Assembly (NCBI GenBank): GCA_963664815.2 | Contig: CAXXHB010000003.1 | Span: 3,936,001-4,000,000 of the forward strand | Direction: 5' to 3' | Source of the DNA: Spirochaetota bacterium | GTDB taxonomy: Bacteria > Spirochaetota > UBA4802 > UBA5550 | DNA length: 64,000 nucleotides | Shown: one piece after another, positions 31,809 to 41,770 of the stretch | Layout: every line of letters starts with the position of its first letter | Position numbering within the stretch: position 1 is the first letter of the stretch | The notes under the pieces: model-generated | Told to the model about the DNA's origin: nothing | The model's database searches: none | Seen by the model: only the letters and a program-made list of their open reading frames with translations | Program-made: the position numbers and the translations under genes

Positions 31809-31967
31809 TTATATTAGTTTACGATTGATCCCATTTTAAAATTTGACTTCGACTTCTCTTCGACAGCGTTAAACAATGCTCCATGAAAGAAGCCGTAGAG
31901 CGTAAAATTGATTCTTTTTATAAAATAAAAGCAGTTCCGTCAAAACAACGGTACAAAACAAAATCCA

Positions 31968-33401
31968 ATGGTGGTGAATATGCAGGTTTTCTGTTCAAAT
32001 TGCAACACTGCGCATGATGTAACTTACGAGCAGGCCAACAACAGCGATACATCCATTATCAGCTGCCACAAGTGTGATAAAAAAATCAAGTTCCAGTTCT
32101 GTCCACATTGCGGCGCATTTTATTCTATAACATTTTCAAACATTAAACATGGACGCTACAAATACAGTTGTAAAAAATGCAGAAAAGACTTTGCCATAGA
32201 GTTTACAGCGAAGGAACAGCTTTCTCTGAAAAAACAAAAACTAACCATTACTGAAAAACCGGTACCTTCCACTGCACCCGTTCCGGAAAAATCTATGCCA
32301 TCCGTCAGTTCACCGGTTGATAATATAATTATAACTAAAACAGAGAATCCAGTTCCATTTATGAATAACAGTATAAACACATTTTCTGCCGGGGAACTTT
32401 TTAAATCCGCCTCTGAGGCTTTTACATTTAAAAAAATTATTATCTCCGCTGCCGGTGTAATATGTATGCTTATTATGATTCAGCTTTTCAGTTCAATAGA
32501 AAATTTATTCGTTAAGCCCGGGAAATCATGGCTTGCACCATTTACCGGATCTCTTATTAACCTCTTTCCGATGGCAATAATTTTCTCTTTCTACATGCTG
32601 TTTGCATCGATAATCTCAAAGATTACCCTTGACAGGATATTCCATTCGAAGGAATCGGGTACTGATGAGATAATAATGTTTACGCTGAAGAATGGACCTG
32701 GAATATTTGCAGGAAATATTATTCTCCTTCTTATAGTCAGTTCAATACTTATTCTTTTCGGGAAAATCCCATTCCTTGGTCCTCTGCTTTTCTCGCTGGC
32801 GTTTCTTCCGGTTTACCTTATCTCTGTAGCGATATTTTCCCTTTGCTTCATCGGTTTATGGTTTTACCCTCCGATTTCTGCACACAGGGAACAGGGAATC
32901 ATTACCAGTCTTAAAAATCTGATGCTCTTTATAAAAAAGCACAATCTCAACATAATATTCATGATTCCGGTAATTCTTCTTGTCGCCGCCATAACGTTTT
33001 CATTAATATTTTTTATTCATCTCTCGGCGTTTTCACTTTCAATGGCAATGTCAAAGTGGCTTCTTAATCAAGACGCATCCATAATCTTTTCATCAATTCC
33101 GGCGCTTTTTATAAAATCTTCTGAGGCTACATTCGCAGGACTCAGTTCGGGCATATTCAAGGAGCTTAATTCATCGCTTCTGATGACTCATCATATAGGG
33201 GGGTTCATTCTCGGGATGATCCTTCTGACAATAACTGTGTTTCTTCTTTCTCTGGCACTTTCTATCACTGCTACGGTTTCCTCCCATATCTACATTGTAA
33301 TGGAGAGAGGAATCTCTATCGATGACCGGAAAAAAGCAATTGTTCTTTTTATACTTATGATGCTGATGACAATGCTCATAATGTTCAGAAGACTGACGTG
33401 A
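31968..33401 (+). CDS. Zinc-ribbon-containing polytopic membrane protein
   Basis: Four CxxC pairs (CSNC, CHKC, CPHC, CKKC), Pro/Ser linker, about 7-8 TM helices. Confidence 0.75.
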   Translation: MVVNMQVFCSNCNTAHDVTYEQANNSDTSIISCHKCDKKIKFQFCPHCGAFYSITFSNIKHGRYKYSCKKCRKDFAIEFTAKEQLSLKKQKLTITEKPVPSTAPVPEKSMPSVSSPVDNIIITKTENPVPFMNNSINTFSAGELFKSASEAFTFKKIIISAAGVICMLIMIQLFSSIENLFVKPGKSWLAPFTGSLINLFPMAIIFSFYMLFASIISKITLDRIFHSKESGTDEIIMFTLKNGPGIFAGNIILLLIVSSILILFGKIPFLGPLLFSLAFLPVYLISVAIFSLCFIGLWFYPPISAHREQGIITSLKNLMLFIKKHNLNIIFMIPVILLVAAITFSLIFFIHLSAFSLSMAMSKWLLNQDASIIFSSIPALFIKSSEATFAGLSSGIFKELNSSLLMTHHIGGFILGMILLTITVFLLSLALSITATVSSHIYIVMERGISIDDRKKAIVLFILMMLMTMLIMFRRLT

Positions 33402-33573
33402 TTCCGTCATGTTAATCATTTCTCATTATGTTATGTTAAAAAGACAGAATCCACAACCAGTCAGAGAAACAGCCGACCTGCCGGTCACAATCGTGATTAT
33501 ACCGGCATTAGTCCTTTTGAAATTAAATAAACAATTAGGGTTTTGAGACTTTATGAACATTATTAAAGTAAAT

Positions 33574-33602
33574 GGAACTTTTCACATTAAGAATGGGTCT
33601 AA
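33574..33602 (+). promoter_or_regulatory. RpoE-type ECF sigma promoter
   Basis: GGAACTT-N16-GTCTAA immediately upstream of the Spy/ECF/anti-sigma operon. Confidence 0.75.
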
Positions 33603-33655
33603 TTTTATAAATATCTGATAAAGGTTTTCTTTTATCAGATACTATCAAGTTTATT

Positions 33656-34216
33656 ATGAAGGTGAATTTTATGAAGAGCAGGATAATTATTATAATTCTA
33701 TCAATCATTATTGTACTTCAAATGGCCATTACTCTCTTCATTCTGAAGAAAGAACCTATGCAGGGTCCTCCCCCTCCACCCCCTTTCGGATTAATGGAAG
33801 CTGAGCACGGACCAGGTATGGGGATGGAGAAACACCATATGGAAGGAAACAGGTTCGGCCGTCCTTTTTGTGAACAGGATTTTATGAAAGATAAACTCTC
33901 CCTGAGTAACGAACAGGTTGAAAAAATTAACAATCTCAATAAAAAATTTGATGCTGAATTTTCAAATTACATTTCAAAGATAGAACCGGAGCGTAGAAAA
34001 TTGAAAGAGATCCTTGACAGAGACAATGCTGATTTGAATGCAATCAAGGATCAGCTTAAAAAAATTGAGGACATTAATCTTGATATACATATATTAAGAA
34101 TAAGACAGGGAAAAGAACTCGATGGAATTTTATCATCTGATCAGATGATAAAGCTACGGAATGAAAGAAATATGTTCTTTGAAAAGATGAAAAGAAATCA
34201 CGGCGAAATGAGATGA
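33656..34216 (+). CDS. Spy/CpxP/ZraP-family periplasmic protein
   Basis: N-terminal TM, poly-Pro and Met/His/Gly linker, two LTxxQ-like motifs (LSNEQ, LSSDQ). Confidence 0.8.
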   Translation: MKVNFMKSRIIIIILSIIIVLQMAITLFILKKEPMQGPPPPPPFGLMEAEHGPGMGMEKHHMEGNRFGRPFCEQDFMKDKLSLSNEQVEKINNLNKKFDAEFSNYISKIEPERRKLKEILDRDNADLNAIKDQLKKIEDINLDIHILRIRQGKELDGILSSDQMIKLRNERNMFFEKMKRNHGEMR

Positions 34217-34722
34217 ATGAAAATGAATTCGCAGAAATTGTCAAAAGAACAAAGAAAACGGTTCTTTCGGCAATTGAAAAAAACATGGCTCCTCGGTTTT
34301 ACCATGCAATAGATGATGTCGCCCAGGAAACCTACATCCGTGCCTACAATGGACTGATAAAAAACAGTTTCCGGGGTGACTCATCTATTGAAACATGGCT
34401 TTATAAAATTGCAAAAAATGAATCGCTCAGAATGAACCATAAACTCACGCGGGAAGAGGAAAAAGCAAGAAGAGCTTTAGAGGACAGCAGACTAAAACAG
34501 ATACAGGAACCGGATCCAGGTGATTCGGAATACCTGCTTTCTCACCTTAAACTTCTTCCTGAAAAATACAGATCGGTGCTTACACTATCTTCGCTGGGAT
34601 TCAATATAAATGATATTTCAAAAAAACTTGGAATTCAGCCCGGTACTGTCAAATCAAGGACATCAAGAGGGAAAAAGATTATTCATGAAAACATAAGGAG
34701 AGAAACACATGAAGAACAGTAA
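34213..34722 (+). CDS. ECF RNA polymerase sigma factor
   Basis: DDVAQETYIRAY, FRGDSSIETWLYKIAKN (region 2); LPEKYR...GTVKSRTSRG (region 4). Confidence 0.9.
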   Translation: MNENEFAEIVKRTKKTVLSAIEKNMAPRFYHAIDDVAQETYIRAYNGLIKNSFRGDSSIETWLYKIAKNESLRMNHKLTREEEKARRALEDSRLKQIQEPDPGDSEYLLSHLKLLPEKYRSVLTLSSLGFNINDISKKLGIQPGTVKSRTSRGKKIIHENIRRETHEEQ

Positions 34723-35074
34723 AGTGATAATTGTTAACAAAGATAAAAATGAAATAAAAATGAAAAAAGAGATCCGATCCAGACTGGAAAGCAACTCATG
34801 GGATTTTTCAATCGCTTATAAAGTCATGCAGACGCGAAACTCTGAAAAAGAGAAAAGAATAAACACCTGGACATTTGCATCTCTTGCAACTGCTGCAATG
34901 TCTTTCATGGTTTTCATGGCAGGGATTTATTTCTTTACAATTAAACCGGAAATATATACCAGTAGCGGTTCAATCTACAGTTATGCATATATTAACAATG
35001 ACAGCAACCTGGACAATGATATAATTGCAGGCCGGCTTGAACTGACCATCAATGAAGTTTACCCTATGAGATAA
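34709..35074 (+). CDS. Probable single-pass anti-sigma factor
   Basis: Overlaps the ECF stop; basic cytoplasmic N-terminus, one TM helix, short external tail. Confidence 0.6.
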   Translation: MKNSKVIIVNKDKNEIKMKKEIRSRLESNSWDFSIAYKVMQTRNSEKEKRINTWTFASLATAAMSFMVFMAGIYFFTIKPEIYTSSGSIYSYAYINNDSNLDNDIIAGRLELTINEVYPMR

Positions 35075-35240
35075 CTCCTGATACATTATGTTTTAAAACT
35101 ACTTCTGTTATCTCACTGATATTTATAGTTTTTCTGCAGGCATACTCCTCCTGTTTCCCTTTATTCCACTGATTAACAGGTCTGTAATAGCCGGATACTC
35201 TCGAATAGATTTCTGAAGGTATTTTTACATTTTTAGACAT
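35064..35240 (-). CDS. Stand-alone 58-aa NrdD-type glycyl-radical domain protein
   Basis: EIYSRVSGYYRPVNQWNKGKQEEY matches the class III RNR C-terminal glycyl-radical motif; ATG 35240 has its own GAGGAG RBS. Confidence 0.85.
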   Translation of the reverse strand: MSKNVKIPSEIYSRVSGYYRPVNQWNKGKQEEYACRKTINISEITEVVLKHNVSGVIS

Positions 35241-35530
35241 AGATCTCCTCATGTTTATCTCAATTCATTAACTTTTTCTTGTTATGTATAGTCTAATAAT
35301 TTTCAAATAATAGAAACAGCCTTTATGCCAGCTTAATATTATACCGGTGATGTAAACTAATCTATATTATCCGTAATCAGGCGGAATAAAACAGCAGATT
35401 CGATTGAATCCAGCTACCAGAACAACTCTATTATTTTTTAATAACAAGTTTTAAGGAATAAATCTTGATTTATTTAGATTTATATTATGTCTCATAAGGT
35501 ATAATCTGTCAAGAATTAATAAAATATTTT

Positions 35531-37771
35531 TTAAACTGCCGGAAGATAAATATCAAAAACAGTGCCTGACTCCGGTTCGGAATGAACTTCAATAAAGCCA
35601 CCATGGCGGATAATAATATTATAAACAACAGCAAGCCCAAGACCGCTTCCCTCCTTTTTGGTTGTAAAAAACGGATCAAATACCCTTTTCAGGTTTGTAC
35701 GACTGATGCCTGGACCGTTATCAGCTACAGATAAATGCCATGCCCTGCTTTTAACCAGTGAATGTATTTTTGAATCCTCTGCATTATCAAGTAAAAGAGA
35801 TATAACAGGTTTATCCACGTTACTTTTCATAATAGCTTCAGAGGCATTTACTATCAGGTTAAGTATCACCTGCTCGAGCTGTGACCTGTTGCCCGACATA
35901 GTACTTTCCGCCAAGACTGAGTGAAATGTTAGTTCAATATACTCAGGAACCGAGGGACGGGCAATGGCTACTACATCCCTGGTAATCTGTTCAAGATTTA
36001 TTTTTTCAAAATTATCACCTTCATCCCTTGAAACGGACATCAGATTTTTTACCAGCAAAGCTGCCTTTCCGCCTGATTTTTTGATTACATCAAGGTGGAA
36101 GCTAATCTCATTAACATTGACATTGCTGTCTTTTATTATCATATCAAGATATGAGGCAGTACTGATAATACCTGAAATAATGTTATTGAAATCATGCGCC
36201 AGCCCTCCCGCCATAGTCCCCAACGCTTCGACTTTCGATGCACGGCTCAACCTCTCTTCATTTTTTTCAAGCTCTGTTATATCATCAATCCTTATAATAA
36301 TGCCATTTATGTCTTTTTTACTAAAAGGGAAAATAAAAATATTTTTCACAAAACTTTCTTCTGCACCGCAACCTTCTTTAACAAATATTTCCTTCCGGAG
36401 TTCAATTGTGTTTCTGTTTTTACGTAGTTCATCACATTTAATTCTGTACTTGCTGAACTCCGGAATAAAATCCCAAAGTATACGGCCTACCGCTTCAGTG
36501 GACGAGTATCCGGTAAATTTCTCCGCTTCTTTATTCCAGTGAATAATTCTCTCATTATCATCAAGGGTTATTACAATTGAAGGCATGGATTCTATTATAT
36601 CATTTATATAGAAAGTCAGCTCTCTCAGATCCTCATTTGTTACTTTAAGTTCATCCGATCGGCGTTTAACAGTTTCAGCAAGCTGATTGATATTTACAGC
36701 AATATCGCTGATTTCATCATCTCTATCGTCAACTATTACAGTATCATATTCTCCACTTTTTATCTGTTTCAGTCCGTTTATAATATTCAATATTCTGTTT
36801 ACGAAAAGTGAATTCAGCCTTGCCGTCGAGATAAAAAAAGCAACAATAGTTATTGTTATAATAGAAAGAACCGAATAAATAATTATTCTGTTAGTATATT
36901 TATTTAATGAGCTGATATCATATATAAGCTCAAAATATATATTAGTCGTCCGGTTAAAAAAATACCGGTTCATTTTCATTTTCTTATATACAAAAATGTT
37001 GTTACCTGACTCTACAACGACATTATCATCCTGCATTATTTTATTAATCAGGTCGGGATGAATGCTTACTTTTTTCCCCTCATTGATCAGTGACCATCCG
37101 CTCCCCTTTGTAATTGAATAAATATCAATGGAATGAAGATATTCGTTATAGAAATTTTTAAACATATCTCCGAAAAGAAATTCATAGAGGGCAAAATTAT
37201 ATTTTTTATTCACAAAATCAAGAACATCAAAGGAGATCTCGTAGATTATACTGCTTCCCTTCGGACTGTAATACATATAGTGATATATTTTCCCCTCGCG
37301 GGTTGATACACTAATACCCTGTGATAAAACTTCTCCCTTCCCGTACATAGAATTAATATATTTAGTAAAAGAGTTGCTGATGGAAAGAAGGTTTAATCCT
37401 ATATCTACAGACAGAGAGGAATTAAAAACTATGCCCGCTGAATCGATAAAATAAATATGCCCGACATTCAGATCTTTTGCTTTTTTTATCAGCTGACTTG
37501 ACGATACATTTTTAACAGCATTAGATGATGGATAACTCCTTGCAAGATTGAGCAGTGCAGTCTGCCCCTCCTTATCCATATTTTTCTCAATTGAATTAAG
37601 AATACTCTGATAATGATCAAGCTGTTTTTCTATCCGGAAGAGCTTTTCCTCCCTGTTTTCCCGCAAAACAGTTTTTACAAAGCTATATGAGAATCTTCCT
37701 ATGACCAAAGAGATAACAGTTGCAGTAATGAAAATTATTAATAGTATTAATAAAAAAAGTCTCTTTCTCAT
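35531..37771 (-). CDS. Sensor histidine kinase (TM, periplasmic domain, TM, HAMP, PAS, HisKA, HATPase)
   Basis: AHDFNN H-box, NLIVNA N-box, DNGPG, FDPFFTTK, GSGLGL; DEISD HAMP; WNKEAEKFTGY PAS. Confidence 0.92.
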   Translation of the reverse strand: MRKRLFLLILLIIFITATVISLVIGRFSYSFVKTVLRENREEKLFRIEKQLDHYQSILNSIEKNMDKEGQTALLNLARSYPSSNAVKNVSSSQLIKKAKDLNVGHIYFIDSAGIVFNSSLSVDIGLNLLSISNSFTKYINSMYGKGEVLSQGISVSTREGKIYHYMYYSPKGSSIIYEISFDVLDFVNKKYNFALYEFLFGDMFKNFYNEYLHSIDIYSITKGSGWSLINEGKKVSIHPDLINKIMQDDNVVVESGNNIFVYKKMKMNRYFFNRTTNIYFELIYDISSLNKYTNRIIIYSVLSIITITIVAFFISTARLNSLFVNRILNIINGLKQIKSGEYDTVIVDDRDDEISDIAVNINQLAETVKRRSDELKVTNEDLRELTFYINDIIESMPSIVITLDDNERIIHWNKEAEKFTGYSSTEAVGRILWDFIPEFSKYRIKCDELRKNRNTIELRKEIFVKEGCGAEESFVKNIFIFPFSKKDINGIIIRIDDITELEKNEERLSRASKVEALGTMAGGLAHDFNNIISGIISTASYLDMIIKDSNVNVNEISFHLDVIKKSGGKAALLVKNLMSVSRDEGDNFEKINLEQITRDVVAIARPSVPEYIELTFHSVLAESTMSGNRSQLEQVILNLIVNASEAIMKSNVDKPVISLLLDNAEDSKIHSLVKSRAWHLSVADNGPGISRTNLKRVFDPFFTTKKEGSGLGLAVVYNIIIRHGGFIEVHSEPESGTVFDIYLPAV

Positions 37772-38106
37772 CAAAAATCCTGAAGGGCTTTTTTATCTCG
37801 CCCCTTTCTGTAAATAATTTAATTATTATGATTTTTATTGTGATTAATCAGCGAACGGTACAATAATTCATGTTCAGGGATTTTCAAATGTCAACTCTAA
37901 TATACTTATTCATAAATAAATTAATACATATATGAAAAATATATGTAAAAATATTCATGCAATTAAATAAAAAATGTTGCTCTTTTACTGTCTGCTGTAT
38001 TTTAGACGATTATTCAATTAAAATCGGGATGCTTCATATCTCATACGAATTTAATCTCACATCGGAAAACCGGCTTAAAAATATGATGACACAGAGGATA
38101 ATTACC

Positions 38107-40941
38107 TTAAATCTGAAATTGTTGGCTGTCTGAAATAAGTACAGCCGCGCACACAAGTTTTATGTTATACTTTATTCCGTAATACCCGCTGTATTCCGTG
38201 ACAAGCGATTCCATCTCTGTTCTCGCTTTCATTATTTTCTTTCTTGTTCTAGTAATCGCGCTTTTCATGTCTTTACCATACCATTTCATCTGACCTTCCT
38301 GGACATCCAGTTTCTCTTCAAGCTCCTTGATCTGCTTTCTGTATGATTCACGTACTTTTTCCATTTCAGGATCAATCTGTATTTCAAGATTTTCATTAAG
38401 ATCAAAAAGCCGATCATCAATTTTTTTCATCAATCTTTCCACTGCTTTGCCATAATAGCTCCCGTATTGTGAAGATATATTATTAATGGTATTCCCATAC
38501 CTCGATATGGGAATACCGAACTTAAAATCCTGTTCGGCAAAATTTTCTTCAATACTTTTAAGTTCTAACTCCTGAAGCACTCCGCCGGTTTCACTCAGTA
38601 CCGGATAAAATTCATGCGAAACAGAAACTGATGAGAACTTAACAAGAAAATTAAAAATTATACCGGTAAAATTATTTTCATGGTTCATAAATACAACTCC
38701 GGTCTCTCCTCCGAAAGAGTCGCTGCAGCAGTATTCAATTATATTATCCACTATCTCGTTCCCGAATGCAAGAAATTCAAGTCCTTCATCCTCAAGCGCT
38801 TTTTCACTGTTGAATGTCCCGTAGCGGACAACCGGGTTCTGGCTGTCGTCATGTGTAACTTTATATAATCCCGTTTTGCCGTTTTTCGGTGAAATCATAT
38901 TTGCCGCGTATGAATCCTCCTCCATAAAATGGTTTATAAACTTTTCAATACGCCTGTTAGTAAAGGTTCTGTCTTTTAATGTAACTTTGTAGTATTCATC
39001 ATAGTTAAAATCCATCCTCCCCGCAACTGTCAATTCTGTCAGTTTCTCAAAACTCTGCCTAGCGTGTTCAATTCTGCCGCTGAGTTCTTCTTCAACATCT
39101 TTTTTCTTTTTCCTTCCGGTTGCGAGTTCCATGAAAAGAGTATTGAGATTTACCTCATCCTCTATCTGACCCAGCATTATGTCCGGAGTGCCTATAGATT
39201 CTTCGAATATTTTAAGTTTATCAGTGAGCACTTCTAGCACTCTTTCTGCAACTGTTCCGCGTGTTGAAAAGTTATAGATGTGAACATCATTCGGCTGACC
39301 AAATCTGTGTATCCTCCCTATTCTCTGCTCGATCTTCAGTGGTGACCATGGTAAGTCGTAATTAATAAGCACATCACAAAACTGCATGTTCCGACCTTCT
39401 CCCCCAGCCTCAGTTGCTATGATAACTTCAGATTCATCCCTGAACCTGATAATAGCCTCCTCTTTTTGATCTCTGTTCATGGATCCGTTAAAAATAACTA
39501 CATTGAAATCTGAAAGGATTTCATTAATATAATCCTGGGTTGTCCTGAACTGTGTAAAAATAAGGAATTTCTTATGCCCTTTCCTTTTCAAATCTCTGAT
39601 AAGCCTGATCAGCTTTTCTCCCTTTTTGTTGACTTCAATCTGCGAAGCCAGCTGTACAAGCCTTTGGAGCGTAGTTATCTCCATACTGATTTCTTCGATT
39701 GTTTTCCTTACGGTGAGATCTTCGATCTCCTGAATATCTTCATATTCGGAGAGATCGCTTTTATCAAAAATTCCATTATCGAAAACAACCATCAGCTGTT
39801 GATCGGCAATCGCTCTATCCATGAGTTCCTGCAGCCTTTTTGTCCTCCTGGTCAGGGCAACATGCAGCGCATGTGAAGAGGAATCGAGAAGTTTCTGAAA
39901 AACTGTCATTACAAATCCTACTGCGCGGTTTTCCGACTGCATTGCCCTGTTAAATTCCTCTGCTACATACCTTGTAGTTTCGTCATAAAGATTCCTTTCA
40001 TCCGGGTATAAATCAAACCTTATGGTTCTTGCAAACCGTTTTGTAAATCCACCAACTTCATTTTTTGTTCTTCTGATTACGACCTGATCAAGTTTTCTTT
40101 TAAGCCCGGACAGATCCGCCCCGTCAAGACAGTATTCATTATAAAAAGACTGAAATGGACCCAGTGTATTTTTATCAATCAGCCCGATCAGAAAGAACAG
40201 TTCTTCGAGTTTACCCCTGAATGGAGTTGCGGAAAGAAGCAGCAATGATTTTGTTTTGGCGGATATTACCTCCGCCATGCTATAAGCTAAAGTAGAATTG
40301 TTTACGTCTCTTCTTAACCTGTGTGCTTCATCGAATATAACGAAGTCCCACAGGCATCTCGACAGGTTCTCTTCAAAATTTTTGTTTTTAATAAAATCAA
40401 GTGAACAGATTATTTTATTATGAACTTTCCAGGGATTCCCCCCCTCCCCGACAGATTTAGCGGCCTTCCTTAAAACATTTCTGTCCATGATAATAAATTT
40501 TTCATTAAACTTGCTTTCCATTTCATTCTGCCACTGAAACATAAGCGAAGCCGGACAGACTATTAATATTCTCGAATAACCCTGTTTATATATCATCTCT
40601 TTTATAACAAGCCCGGCCTCGATTGTTTTGCCAAGCCCAACTTCGTCGGCAATAAGAAATCTCTGCTTCAACGCATTCACTATGCGGTGTGTACTTTCCA
40701 CCTGATGAGCAAGGATCCTTGTCCTTGAATTTGAGAGTGACAAAATTTTATTGTATGTGTGCGCAAGCTTTAACATGAAAGATTCCGATTTAAGTATAAA
40801 CCTTTTACCATCTGATACCTGGAGATTCAGAAAACTTCCCATTATTTCCGATTCATTTTCTATTACGAAACATTCCTCTTTATCAGCAGAAGAAGTTACA
40901 GAAAAGAGATCAGGAAAATCAATGTCGGATTCTATATTCAT
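38107..40941 (-). CDS. SNF2-family (RapA/HepA-like) ATP-dependent helicase
   Basis: ADEVGLGKTIE, DEAH, LSATP, TEAGGEGRN, YDLPWSP, QRIGRIHRFGQ. Confidence 0.9.
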   Translation of the reverse strand: MNIESDIDFPDLFSVTSSADKEECFVIENESEIMGSFLNLQVSDGKRFILKSESFMLKLAHTYNKILSLSNSRTRILAHQVESTHRIVNALKQRFLIADEVGLGKTIEAGLVIKEMIYKQGYSRILIVCPASLMFQWQNEMESKFNEKFIIMDRNVLRKAAKSVGEGGNPWKVHNKIICSLDFIKNKNFEENLSRCLWDFVIFDEAHRLRRDVNNSTLAYSMAEVISAKTKSLLLLSATPFRGKLEELFFLIGLIDKNTLGPFQSFYNEYCLDGADLSGLKRKLDQVVIRRTKNEVGGFTKRFARTIRFDLYPDERNLYDETTRYVAEEFNRAMQSENRAVGFVMTVFQKLLDSSSHALHVALTRRTKRLQELMDRAIADQQLMVVFDNGIFDKSDLSEYEDIQEIEDLTVRKTIEEISMEITTLQRLVQLASQIEVNKKGEKLIRLIRDLKRKGHKKFLIFTQFRTTQDYINEILSDFNVVIFNGSMNRDQKEEAIIRFRDESEVIIATEAGGEGRNMQFCDVLINYDLPWSPLKIEQRIGRIHRFGQPNDVHIYNFSTRGTVAERVLEVLTDKLKIFEESIGTPDIMLGQIEDEVNLNTLFMELATGRKKKKDVEEELSGRIEHARQSFEKLTELTVAGRMDFNYDEYYKVTLKDRTFTNRRIEKFINHFMEEDSYAANMISPKNGKTGLYKVTHDDSQNPVVRYGTFNSEKALEDEGLEFLAFGNEIVDNIIEYCCSDSFGGETGVVFMNHENNFTGIIFNFLVKFSSVSVSHEFYPVLSETGGVLQELELKSIEENFAEQDFKFGIPISRYGNTINNISSQYGSYYGKAVERLMKKIDDRLFDLNENLEIQIDPEMEKVRESYRKQIKELEEKLDVQEGQMKWYGKDMKSAITRTRKKIMKARTEMESLVTEYSGYYGIKYNIKLVCAAVLISDSQQFQI

Positions 40942-41112
40942 ATATAAACTGAAATCATATCACAATCAGGATTGGATAAATGCTTAAAAAAAATTTGTCA
41001 TAATAGGATTTGTTCCTCTGAAGAATTAGAGGTGACATAATAATTCATGTCCGGTAATAGCACAATCATTTTTTTGGAATGAAAAAAGGAAGTCACTGAA
41101 TATTTAAGGAAT

Positions 41113-41142
41113 AAGAACAAGGAGATTCAACTCCCTGTTCTT
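41113..41142 (-). terminator. Probable bfr terminator
   Basis: AAGAACA-aGGAG...CTCCc-TGTTCTT stem just past the bfr stop. Confidence 0.55.
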
Positions 41143-41149
41143 TAACATT

Positions 41150-41620
41150 CTATTCTTCAACCTGAGTACTGAGAAAAACCTGTATTCCCATCAGGTTTAT
41201 CTGATCAAGCAGCTCCTCAATCTTATCTATATGTGCATCCTCATCAAGAAGTATATGCTCCAGTATCTCCTTTGTGGCATTGTCTCCTACCTCAGCTGCA
41301 AGCTTAATTGCATCATTATAACCCTTAATAGCGCCCTCTTCAGCCGATCTGTCATTTGCAATCTGTTTAGCCACATCAGAACCTATGTGAATGTTGTTCA
41401 GAGAGCTTACAATCGGAGTCCCCTCAAGGAAAATAATTCTGCCTATCAGTTTCTCGGCATGCTTCATCTCGTCAATAGCCCTTTTTTCCAGGCTTTCATG
41501 AAGTTTCTGGAAGCCCCAGTTTGCACACATCTCTGAATGTACCATGTACTGGTTAATAGCAGTCAGTTCATCAGCAAGCAGAAAATTAAGCTTGTCAATA
41601 AGCTTATCGTTACCTTTCAT
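41150..41620 (-). CDS. bfr: Bacterioferritin
   Basis: MKG start, ELTAINQY, DEMKHA (heme Met), ExxH ferroxidase motifs. Confidence 0.93.
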   Translation of the reverse strand: MKGNDKLIDKLNFLLADELTAINQYMVHSEMCANWGFQKLHESLEKRAIDEMKHAEKLIGRIIFLEGTPIVSSLNNIHIGSDVAKQIANDRSAEEGAIKGYNDAIKLAAEVGDNATKEILEHILLDEDAHIDKIEELLDQINLMGIQVFLSTQVEE

Positions 41621-41770
41621 CTTTATCTCCTTAGATTATTTATTTTATTATATATACTAATTTATACAAATGTTACAGCAATTACAACATTTATTTTAAA
41701 ATAATAATGACAAATATATTATTTAAATTAAACTGCCTTTGTAATCCTGATACGAAAAAAGGAGTTATAA

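Noticed and set aside
35531-37771. Orphan histidine kinase as a novel system
   Set aside because: Standard domain architecture; orphan kinases are common.
38107-40941. SNF2 helicase as part of an anti-phage system (DISARM/BREX-like)
   Set aside because: No methylase, nuclease or other defence genes adjacent; context looks housekeeping.
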